Shown piece after piece: positions 1-7,109 of a stretch of DNA of 64,000 nucleotides. Numbering within the stretch: the first letter of the stretch is position 1; every line of letters begins with the position of its first letter. The position numbers were made by a program, and so were the translations under genes. The notes below the pieces were generated by a model. The model was not told where the DNA came from, made no database searches, and saw only the letters and a program-made list of their open reading frames with translations. The stretch is taken from positions 186,001-250,000 of IMG/VR virus record IMGVR_UViG_3300049048_000052, one strand, 5' to 3'.

Positions 1-1
1 T

Positions 2-97
2 CCCCTATACTACTTTGCTACGCAGTCATCTGTACGTATGGATGTAGTAGAGAGTGTGTATCCAGGATGTACGGAAGTCATAACTAGGAATAAATAA
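2..97 (+). CDS. 3' end of a hypothetical protein entering from the left edge (PLYYFATQ...EVITRNK*)
   Basis: Open frame 2 from the window edge to TAA at 95-97, one base before the tmk ATG, matching the tight gene packing of this arm. Confidence 0.6.
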   Translation, partial: PLYYFATQSSVRMDVVESVYPGCTEVITRNK

Positions 98-98
98 T

Positions 99-725
99 AT
101 GAATGTGAGAAGTAACCTAATTGCCATAGAGGGCATAGATGGATGTGGTAAGTCTATACAGACGGACCTACTAGTCCAGTGGCTTATAAGTAAGGATATA
201 AAAGTTAGAAAGACAGCACAGTCTGGCGGTACCGCTATAGGTAGTCTTATAAGAAGATTAACCTTTGATACAGACAAACATGAGGGTGAGACCTTAGGGC
301 CGCTGGCTACCCAACTACTATTTATGGCAGATAGGGTACATCATCAGGAAGAGGTTATTATACCTGCCCTTAATGCTGGACATATTGTTGTTAGTGATAG
401 ATATATACAATCTGGCTTTGCATATGGTCAAGCACATGGGCTAACTGAGAATCAATGTAAGTCTATGTTTGAGGCCTGTACCTTTGTCAAACCCGCTGTA
501 ACTATATGGTTGGATCTACCCGTACAATTAGCCCTATCAAGGGTAAGAGTACAACAAAGCTTTGAGAAGTTAGGTAGACCTTTCTATGTAAAGCTAAGGG
601 AACATTATTGGAACCTCTTTATAGATGACCATAGTATGGAACGTATAGAGATAACTGAACATGACGATGTTGTATCCGTACAGGATCAAATAAGGGATAT
701 TGTAAAGGAATACTTGAGGATCTAA
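99..725 (+). CDS. tmk: thymidylate kinase
   Basis: P-loop IAIEGIDGCGKSIQ, LLFMADRVHH, DRYIQSGFAYG, TIWLDLP. Confidence 0.93.
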   Translation: MNVRSNLIAIEGIDGCGKSIQTDLLVQWLISKDIKVRKTAQSGGTAIGSLIRRLTFDTDKHEGETLGPLATQLLFMADRVHHQEEVIIPALNAGHIVVSDRYIQSGFAYGQAHGLTENQCKSMFEACTFVKPAVTIWLDLPVQLALSRVRVQQSFEKLGRPFYVKLREHYWNLFIDDHSMERIEITEHDDVVSVQDQIRDIVKEYLRI

Positions 726-1354
726 TGATTACAACCTATGGCCCTATTCCTAGGGAAGTAGGTCTAGCATTATCAGGTGGATGTGACTCAATGGCTGTAC
801 TGGACTATCTACTATTAAGTAGAAGAAAGGTTACAGCCATTCATGTTGATCATGGGGATGAATACTCAGCTGAATGTGTAGACCTGGTAACTAAATATTG
901 TAAATATAGAGATGTACCATTATACGTCTCTGAGCCTATTGGACCTAAACCAATGGGAATGTCTGAAGAAATGTGGTGGAGACAGGAACGCTATGAGTTC
1001 CTCCGGCATATACAATCTATTATTGATTTACCTATTATTACTGCCCATAACCTTGATGATCAGGTAGAGACCTGGTTAATGAGTATGATTAAGGGCACCC
1101 CCAAGTTAATCCCAAGCTATAGGGATAACCCTAATATTATTAGGCCCTTTCTACTTACAAGGAAAGAGAGTCTGAGAGACTGGTGTATACAAAAAGCTGT
1201 GCCCTTCCTAGATGACCCCGAGAATGATAATTGGGAACATGAGAGATGTTATACAAGACATCACCTGGTGTCTGCAGTAACCGATATTAATCCTGGCATT
1301 CATCGTAAGGTAGCTAAGTTAGTGAGAGACAAATATGGAGAATTATCCAGGTGA
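725..1354 (+). CDS. tilS: tRNA(Ile2)-lysidine synthetase, minimal (PP-loop catalytic domain only, 209 aa)
   Basis: ALSGGCDS, HVDHG, RQERYEFL, TAHNLDDQVETWLM, IIRPFL, DPEN and RHHL motifs in TilS order; a CAU tRNA lies about 1 kb downstream. Confidence 0.88.
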   Translation: MITTYGPIPREVGLALSGGCDSMAVLDYLLLSRRKVTAIHVDHGDEYSAECVDLVTKYCKYRDVPLYVSEPIGPKPMGMSEEMWWRQERYEFLRHIQSIIDLPIITAHNLDDQVETWLMSMIKGTPKLIPSYRDNPNIIRPFLLTRKESLRDWCIQKAVPFLDDPENDNWEHERCYTRHHLVSAVTDINPGIHRKVAKLVRDKYGELSR

Positions 1355-1799
1355 GTGGAACCCTTATGATATATACTGGGCCAACCTAATAGTTGTGAAG
1401 TCACACCTTTGGATGCCCTATAGGCTGTCCAAAGATATGATAGGAATGGTAGTAAAGGTTGATGATGATACAGCCCAAAGACTCTATGGTCGTTACTATA
1501 ATTGGTTGACACTTCACTACCTAGTAAAAGTAGAGAGTGATCCTAAGGACAGAAGTAAACGGAGGGCTACCTGGGAGAGACCAGGAGACTATAAGGCTCA
1601 GATATATAGTGTTGATGATGCTAGCTATGGAGCTTGGTTGCTACCCCGTAAACTACATGAAATAGATTACATGTGGCATCAGATAGAATGTTTCCTGATG
1701 AACAAACAGGACAACTGGCTTGAGAAGGGGCTGAATGGGCAGAAGTTCTTAGACTTCTGTAATGACAACTTCACAGCAACTAGTTTTGATTACAATTGA
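1335..1799 (+). CDS. hypothetical protein
   Basis: 154 aa ORF overlapping the tilS end, in the packed + strand gene run; no motif recognised. Confidence 0.75.
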   Translation: MENYPGEWNPYDIYWANLIVVKSHLWMPYRLSKDMIGMVVKVDDDTAQRLYGRYYNWLTLHYLVKVESDPKDRSKRRATWERPGDYKAQIYSVDDASYGAWLLPRKLHEIDYMWHQIECFLMNKQDNWLEKGLNGQKFLDFCNDNFTATSFDYN

Positions 1800-1805
1800 G
1801 GAGAA

Positions 1806-2057
1806 ATGAGAATGTTGTACTATGCAATAGTCTACAATAAGGTTAGCCTTAAAAGTTCCCTAGTAAGCGCGGGCAGCCCTGGGGCTAGATTTACCGATCC
1901 TCAGGTTGCCGAGACTAGACTAAGGAATGCAATCAAATCAGAAACAGAGTTTGGCTGTGTTTATGGAGGTCTGGGTTATACAAACGCGCTTAGGCATCCT
2001 CCCATAATATGGGTGAATGCTAGTGGCGAGGATAAGTCAAGATTGGTGGCAGGCTAA
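1806..2057 (+). CDS. small hypothetical protein
   Basis: GAGGAG Shine-Dalgarno before the ATG; stop overlaps the next start (TAATG). Confidence 0.75.
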   Translation: MRMLYYAIVYNKVSLKSSLVSAGSPGARFTDPQVAETRLRNAIKSETEFGCVYGGLGYTNALRHPPIIWVNASGEDKSRLVAG

Positions 2058-2302
2058 TGATCCTGGCAATCGCAATAAGTAGGGAAACAGGGGAATCAAA
2101 TAAGATTCCTACTAGGGAGGGTAAGTACAATTGGGATTCAAGGGAAGGTGCTGAGCAGATGCTTCAGACCGCCTTAACCTCAGACCAATATGGAGTTGTA
2201 GTGGAGGTTAATAATCCCTTCTTCCTACACCTGGGTCAAGTGCTTACATTCGTAGGTACTACAAAGGCTGACGAACAAAATTGGAGATCAGTAGTCCAAT
2301 AG
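2057..2302 (+). CDS. small hypothetical protein, possibly a distant paralog of 1806..2057
   Basis: TAATG coupling; same size and a weakly shared AE..L..A..S...G.V pattern. Confidence 0.7.
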   Translation: MILAIAISRETGESNKIPTREGKYNWDSREGAEQMLQTALTSDQYGVVVEVNNPFFLHLGQVLTFVGTTKADEQNWRSVVQ

Positions 2303-2341
2303 GTTATGATATACATAGGAGTCCATCAACTCCTATCACAC

Positions 2342-2415
2342 GCGCCTGTAGCTCAGTTGGTTAGAGCGCCGAACTCATAATTCGGATGTCCCTGGTTCGA
2401 ATCCAGGCTGGCGCA
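2342..2415 (+). tRNA. tRNA with CAU anticodon, most likely tRNA-Ile2 (lysidine substrate); no encoded CCA
   Basis: Full cloverleaf: acceptor GCGCCTG/CTGGCGC plus A73, D arm GCTC/GAGC, anticodon arm CCGAA-CTCATAA-TTCGG (CAT at 2376-2378), T arm CCTGG-TTCGAAT-CCAGG. G1:C72 is paired and there is no GGG/CCC anticodon stem, so it is not an initiator. It has C4:G69 and C5:G68, as in Ile2. Elongator Met is not excluded. Confidence 0.93.
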
Positions 2416-2416
2416 T

Positions 2417-2456
2417 TGAGTCTCCGCTAAGGCTCATGGGGACCTTAGGTCCCCAT
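2417..2456 (+). promoter_or_regulatory. two tandem stem-loops between the tRNA and the RNA ligase RBS
   Basis: TGAGTCT-ccgcta-AGGCTCA (2417-2436) and the perfect ATGGGGACC-tta-GGTCCCCAT (2436-2456), followed by TTAATAATT-AAGGAGG. Confidence 0.6.
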
Positions 2457-2476
2457 TAATAATTAAGGAGGTAACT

Positions 2477-3112
2477 ATGGTTGATCTCAAGTTCCCTAGG
2501 ACTAAACATCTGCCCTTCTCTCCTGGTAGAGGTAGTGATGATAAGGTTCACCCAGATCTTAGCTTTGTGCTAGATGGTAAGCGTCTACTGCTGACCACAA
2601 AGATGGACGGAGAGAACCAAAGGTGGACCCGTAGCAGCTTTAATCTAAGGAGTCTATCATCTACCTCGGGTGGAGAATTGAGATCTAGAGCCAAGGCTAA
2701 ATGGGGCGAAGTCTGCTACTTAATAGATGAGGGATTGTCTGTTTTTGTAGAGGACACTACAGTAGTCCACTCTATACAATATGGACCCAGACTGACCAAT
2801 CTATTCGTTATTGCGGTTAGAGATGATAAGACAGGTCACTTCATGTCCTGGTTTGATACTGAACAGTATGCTAGGAAATTGAACATGAAGACAGTGCCAG
2901 TACTATGGCACATGCAAGGCAGTGAATTTATCCGTGTTACTCTGGAGTCTTTAATAAAGGAGAGACATAGAAGTAACCATGAGGGTATTGTTTTAAGACC
3001 TGAGGACGAGATAACTAATTGGACTGCTCAGACAGCTAAATGGGTTAGGGCTAATCATGTTCAAACAGATGAGCATTGGGAGCGTACCGCCCTGAAGAAC
3101 CTGAGGAAGTAA
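2477..3112 (+). CDS. ATP-dependent RNA ligase family protein (Rnl2-like nucleotidyltransferase)
   Basis: KFPRTKHLPFSPG..DD, motif I TTKMDGEN, HSIQY, TVPVLW, HEGIVLR, AKWVRANHVQTDEHW; strong AAGGAGG RBS. Confidence 0.85.
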   Translation: MVDLKFPRTKHLPFSPGRGSDDKVHPDLSFVLDGKRLLLTTKMDGENQRWTRSSFNLRSLSSTSGGELRSRAKAKWGEVCYLIDEGLSVFVEDTTVVHSIQYGPRLTNLFVIAVRDDKTGHFMSWFDTEQYARKLNMKTVPVLWHMQGSEFIRVTLESLIKERHRSNHEGIVLRPEDEITNWTAQTAKWVRANHVQTDEHWERTALKNLRK

Positions 3113-3151
3113 TAGGAAAGCACGTGTGGTCCTTACTGCACGTGTATACCC

Positions 3152-3619
3152 TTGAGGTGGGATATGAATGAACAGGATAAACAAGAGTATCTAGAGGATC
3201 TAGAGTATGACGATACTCCCTTGACTGAGCTAGACTATAAGATCCTCTGTCGACTAAAAGATATGGCCGACGATATTATCAGTGAGAAGTGCAATACCTA
3301 CCTTGCATCTGTAGGTAGAAGTTGTAATGGATCCTTATACTCAATAGAGTATGATGGAGGTCATATCAATGTGCGTTACGTTGATCGTAGGCATTGTGGT
3401 TGTTGTAGTGACGACTATTACTCCGAGGTTATACCTGCTGCCCTGCTATGGGATGACTCTATCCTGGCTAAGGCCAAAGAGGAGTTTCTAGAGAAGCAGA
3501 GACAGAAGGCTATTGAGAAACAGGAGCATGCCAAAAGACTAGCGGCTCAACAGGCTATGGCCCAAGAGAAAAGGGATGCTGCTGAGTATGAAAGGCTAAG
3601 GGCTAAGTATGAGCAATGA
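3152..3619 (+). CDS. hypothetical protein with C-terminal coiled coil; paralog of 3609..4013; true start probably ATG 3164
   Basis: GAGGTG RBS before 3164; shares DY.IL..L...A..I.SE, PA.LLW and EYERL.AKYE with the next ORF. Confidence 0.8.
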   Translation: MRWDMNEQDKQEYLEDLEYDDTPLTELDYKILCRLKDMADDIISEKCNTYLASVGRSCNGSLYSIEYDGGHINVRYVDRRHCGCCSDDYYSEVIPAALLWDDSILAKAKEEFLEKQRQKAIEKQEHAKRLAAQQAMAQEKRDAAEYERLRAKYEQ

Positions 3620-4013
3620 GGTAGCATCTACTTACCTCAATATGTTGAGAGGTAAGGGTACTATAACTGAGACAGATTATGAGATACTCTATCAGCTATC
3701 TAGTATAGCAGTAGGCATACTAAGTGAGCGGGGTAGGGAGTATCTCAGGGCCCATGATCTAGAGGTGGTATGTTCCAGCATTGTTTCCTTAGACTTCTGG
3801 ATGAGGGAGATATGTATATGCTTCGAGATAGAGTATGAGGATGATACGTTTGCCTGGCGCCAGGTCCCAGCAGAGCTTCTATGGAATGGTGACCTAGTGG
3901 AGCAGGTTAAGAATAAGCTTAGAGAGAAGGCTGCAGCAGCTGAGGTCTCTAAGGAAGAAGCTGAATTGATTGAATATGAACGATTAAAGGCTAAATATGA
4001 AAAGCATTATTAA
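3609..4013 (+). CDS. hypothetical protein, paralog of 3152..3619
   Basis: Shared motifs as above; overlaps the previous stop. Confidence 0.8.
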   Translation: MSNEVASTYLNMLRGKGTITETDYEILYQLSSIAVGILSERGREYLRAHDLEVVCSSIVSLDFWMREICICFEIEYEDDTFAWRQVPAELLWNGDLVEQVKNKLREKAAAAEVSKEEAELIEYERLKAKYEKHY

Positions 4014-4170
4014 TAAGAAAGATAAGTTCCATCCGATGGCGGATATGTATATTACCAACTACTACGACAAAGGTATTAGACGCTTCATGGTTGATTATTG
4101 TAACCGCAATAAACCCTTAGGCTTCGCTAAAGTTAAGACTGAGGAACCTAAGGATGAAAGTAGGGGATAA
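3997..4170 (+). CDS. small ORF missing from the track (57 aa, MKSIINKKDKFHPMADMYITNYYDKGIRRFMVDYCNRNKPLGFAKVKTEEPKDESRG)
   Basis: Fills the otherwise empty 4014-4153 gap and overlaps both neighbours by 17 nt; AAGG upstream. An alternative start is ATG 4036. Confidence 0.55.
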   Translation: MKSIINKKDKFHPMADMYITNYYDKGIRRFMVDYCNRNKPLGFAKVKTEEPKDESRG

Positions 4171-4864
4171 GGTCTGGTTAGTCAGGGAGGTGGGATCCCG
4201 TAGAGAGGCTCATATAGTAGATGAGTATGCTCTAATGAGCAATCCACCTATATATGTATGGAAGGTGGCCTGCCCATCTCTGGATAGTACTGGTCTTATC
4301 TTTAGACAAGATACTAAGAAGTGTTTTAACTATGGTAACAACGCATATTGGATTGAACCTATGGATAGAGAGTTAAACCTAGAAGAGAAGGCTACTAACT
4401 TTGAGACCTATGAGCACATCAATAAGGTGATGCTCTATATGGAACAGATGAAGTTAGCCCTCGCTAAGAGACAGTTCTCACATGATAGGTCCAAATTAGA
4501 GGATCCTGAGGTAGAGATGTTCACTAGGCTTACCCATAAACTCAAAGGTATTACCTATGGTAGTCAAGAGTATAAGGACTGTCTAGCTGAGATGGGCCCT
4601 GCTTTGGAGCATCACTATTCCGAGAATGCTCATCATCCTGAGCATCACAACTTAGGGGTTGATAGCATGACTCTCATAGATGTCCTAGAGATGCTCTGTG
4701 ACTGGTATGCCTCATGTCAGCGCCATGCTGATGGGAATATTTATAAGTCTATTGATATTAATACTGAGCGCTTTGGTCTCTCAGATCAACTAGCCAATAT
4801 ATTAAGGAATACAGTGAAGCTCTTTAATGATGACTTCACTCAGACTACTCAGAAAGGTCTATAA
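4154..4864 (+). CDS. HD-superfamily phosphohydrolase-like phage protein (DUF5662-like) with an N-terminal extension
   Basis: HDRSKL, YGSQEY, ALEHHYSENAHHPEHH, MTLIDVLEMLCDW, N.ERF...QL..IL.NT. Confidence 0.75.
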   Translation: MKVGDKVWLVREVGSRREAHIVDEYALMSNPPIYVWKVACPSLDSTGLIFRQDTKKCFNYGNNAYWIEPMDRELNLEEKATNFETYEHINKVMLYMEQMKLALAKRQFSHDRSKLEDPEVEMFTRLTHKLKGITYGSQEYKDCLAEMGPALEHHYSENAHHPEHHNLGVDSMTLIDVLEMLCDWYASCQRHADGNIYKSIDINTERFGLSDQLANILRNTVKLFNDDFTQTTQKGL

Positions 4865-4869
4865 ATGAT

Positions 4870-4898
4870 GGGGGACCATAGGGCCCCCCTTTAATTTA
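4870..4898 (+). terminator. GC-rich stem-loop followed by a T-rich tract (possible intrinsic terminator or processing site)
   Basis: GGGGGACC-ata-GGGCCCCC then CTTTAATTT, directly before the next RBS. Confidence 0.45.
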
Positions 4899-4907
4899 GG
4901 GGGGTTT

Positions 4908-5579
4908 ATGAGAGACTTAGCAAGACAGATGCTATTGACTGCTCAGAAGTATGTCAATGTAGGTAAGAAGCCTCCTGGGTTTCATAGCTTTACCAATAAG
5001 TACTTAGAAGAGTATGAGAAAATCTTTAGGAATTGGAGAGAACGCACCTTCTTTCCTATGACGTTAGAGGATGTCCAGGCAGACCTACTGGCTTCATATG
5101 CTAGGGACTTTTTTGTCTATAGCTTCTCTTGGGCTATACCTTCTGATGAGGCTATAGACTTAATTGCTAGCTATGACAACATAATAGATGCTGGCGCCGG
5201 TACAGGTTACTGGGCTGGCCTATTAAGACAGCAGGGTTGTAAGGTGGAGGCTTGGGATAAGCAGCCTTATTTCAATGGCTACTGTAACACTTCTTGGTCT
5301 TATGTAGAGAGGGTAGCTCCTGCGGAGGTCTTATATAGGTTAAGTAGTAGGTGCAATCACACCTTATTACTTGTATGGCCCCCAGTGAATTCTTTTGCAT
5401 ATAAAGCCGTTAAGGCCTTTAGTGGTAATAGGGTTATATATGTGGGGGAATGGTATGGCTGTACAGGGGATGCTGATTTTCATAATTATCTTGAGGACTA
5501 CTTTGAGGTAGTTAATGTCTTAGAGATACCCCGTTGGCCCTGCATATTAGATCGTTTATACGTCTTGGAGAGAAAATAG
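4908..5579 (+). CDS. class I SAM-dependent methyltransferase-like protein
   Basis: FSWAIP, IIDAGAGTGYWAGLL (motif I), VEAWD, LLLVWPP, VIYVGE; substrate unknown. Confidence 0.75.
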   Translation: MRDLARQMLLTAQKYVNVGKKPPGFHSFTNKYLEEYEKIFRNWRERTFFPMTLEDVQADLLASYARDFFVYSFSWAIPSDEAIDLIASYDNIIDAGAGTGYWAGLLRQQGCKVEAWDKQPYFNGYCNTSWSYVERVAPAEVLYRLSSRCNHTLLLVWPPVNSFAYKAVKAFSGNRVIYVGEWYGCTGDADFHNYLEDYFEVVNVLEIPRWPCILDRLYVLERK

Positions 5580-5929
5580 CATTGGAACAATTACTATGCC
5601 ATCTAGTTGGCGATTATTTATTGCAAAACGACTGGATGGCTAGTAATAAGACTAAGGACATGTCAGTGGCTGCCATACACGGGGCCACTTACTTCCTACC
5701 TTTCTTCCTCATTACTAACTCCTTTTGGGCCCTAATAGTTATACTGATTACTCATATAATTATTGATCATTACTCCCTAGCTAGGGAGTTCAATAAGTTA
5801 AAGAATGATTGTTGGACCTTTAATGGATTCCCCCTGGATAGACCTATATGGCTCACTACGTGGGTGATCATTATTATGGATAACACTATGCACCTACTAA
5901 TTAATTACTTTGCATTGAGGTATCTATGA
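5534..5929 (+). CDS. DUF3307-like membrane protein; true start probably TTG 5582
   Basis: LL.HLVGDYLLQNDWMASNK, H...Y, TH.IIDH, DNTMH; hydrophobic helices; GGAGAG RBS upstream of 5582. Confidence 0.8.
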   Translation: MALHIRSFIRLGEKIALEQLLCHLVGDYLLQNDWMASNKTKDMSVAAIHGATYFLPFFLITNSFWALIVILITHIIIDHYSLAREFNKLKNDCWTFNGFPLDRPIWLTTWVIIIMDNTMHLLINYFALRYL

Positions 5930-6306
5930 GGGTATATCATGGTACAGATCAAGAGCTAACCCATATAAAGAAGGGTAGCTATGTAACCCCCTTTCTACAT
6001 GCAGCTAGACTATGGGGAGTTAAATGGAGCTATGAGCAGTTAATCTCAATAGATCCTAACAAAGTAGGAGAAACATTAAGATTCCGTGCGCAGGCTATAG
6101 AATCCAGTCCCCTATTTGTGTATGTCAATGAGTTAGATGAGACTCAATTAGAGAAGACTACAACTAATCAGGATGTCCTCTATCCTTACATATATAAGAC
6201 CAGGTTAGACCTATGGTTCAAAGAGGAAGAAAGATGGAGTGACTGGAAACTAGTTATTCCTTATTATGAGCGTCAGGATAGATATGGATACACACAATAC
6301 CAATAG
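5926..6306 (+). CDS. putative ADP-ribosyltransferase-fold protein (Arr-like)
   Basis: N-terminal VYHGT, then YVT...HAARLWG, resembling the YHGT...YFT..LDAA.WG pattern of rifampin ADP-ribosyltransferases. Confidence 0.5.
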   Translation: MRVYHGTDQELTHIKKGSYVTPFLHAARLWGVKWSYEQLISIDPNKVGETLRFRAQAIESSPLFVYVNELDETQLEKTTTNQDVLYPYIYKTRLDLWFKEEERWSDWKLVIPYYERQDRYGYTQYQ

Positions 6307-6997
6307 GACTAGAAACATATTCTATGACACTGAGTTCATAGAAAGGGGCCCTGATTACCCCCTAACCCTTATCAGCATAGGTATGGTAGATGATGATGGT
6401 AGAACCTTCTATAGGGTCTCCTCTGAGTTTAGGGAGGAGGACTGTAATGATTGGGTTAAGGCTAACGTACTACCTTACCTGGGTCCTACTCACCCTTGTA
6501 GTAGAGCTGAGATAGCTCATGATCTAATGGAGTTCATAGGGGCTGATAAGCCTAGGTGGTATGGTTATTACTCTGCCTATGACCATGTGCTCCTATGCCA
6601 ACTCTTTGGTACTATGATAGAGCTTCCCAAGGGGTGGCCTATGTATACTAGGGACATTAAGCAAATGTTGGATTCCATCGGCAATCCAGAGGTGCCTAAG
6701 GACTTCAATGGAGTACTCCATAACGCTCTTGAGGATGCTCTATGGAATAAGAAGGTATACGAATGGCTATTAGGTCTAGGCTGTATAGAATCTAATGCTA
6801 GTCATAGGGATCGTATGGAACGCCTGTTATATGATATGAAGCTGGACTATAATAACCCCGAGCTAGTCCAATATTCCGGGTATGAAAATACGGATAATAT
6901 AATCCTCTTAGGTAATGGAAGAGGCTACAGAGGTTTTACTGCAGAGTTCTTCTTTAATCCAGATGGATCCTTCGACCATCATGGAATATGGGAATAG
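6266..6997 (+). CDS. 3'-5' exoribonuclease, DEDDh Rv2179c/DUF5051-like, with a C-terminal extension
   Basis: IFYDTEF, LISIGMV, NDWVKANVLP, YYSAYDHV, HNALEDA. Confidence 0.88.
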   Translation: MSVRIDMDTHNTNRTRNIFYDTEFIERGPDYPLTLISIGMVDDDGRTFYRVSSEFREEDCNDWVKANVLPYLGPTHPCSRAEIAHDLMEFIGADKPRWYGYYSAYDHVLLCQLFGTMIELPKGWPMYTRDIKQMLDSIGNPEVPKDFNGVLHNALEDALWNKKVYEWLLGLGCIESNASHRDRMERLLYDMKLDYNNPELVQYSGYENTDNIILLGNGRGYRGFTAEFFFNPDGSFDHHGIWE

Positions 6998-7018
6998 GTT
7001 AATTGATTATATAAAATA

Positions 7019-7058
7019 CCCCGGCCTGGTATAGGGAGTTCGATTCTCCTACCGGGGA
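7019..7058 (+). ncRNA. tRNA-like minihelix (acceptor stem plus T arm, no D or anticodon arm)
   Basis: CCCCGG (7019-24) pairs with CCGGGG (7052-57), then discriminator A; T arm GGGAG-TTCGATT-CTCCT; only 8 nt lie where the D and anticodon arms would be. Confidence 0.45.
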
Positions 7059-7109
7059 CTTTGGGAGTCCCATCTCCCTCCTATTGATTTCATAGATAAT
7101 AAGGATACT

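Noticed and set aside
4908-5579. Hen1 or a DNA methyltransferase
   Set aside because: No Hen1 ExxEH motif and no DPPY/NPPY or PC catalytic motif; left as a generic class I methyltransferase.
5926-6306. Tpt1/KptA RNA 2'-phosphotransferase
   Set aside because: The protein starts at the HGT motif and lacks the N-terminal RNA-binding lobe with the catalytic Arg/His residues.
7019-7058. Piece of a permuted tmRNA, or an attP site
   Set aside because: It lacks the G3:U70 alanine identity and the GGGG 5' strand of tmRNA, and there is no tag reading frame or integrase in the window. Kept only as a minihelix.
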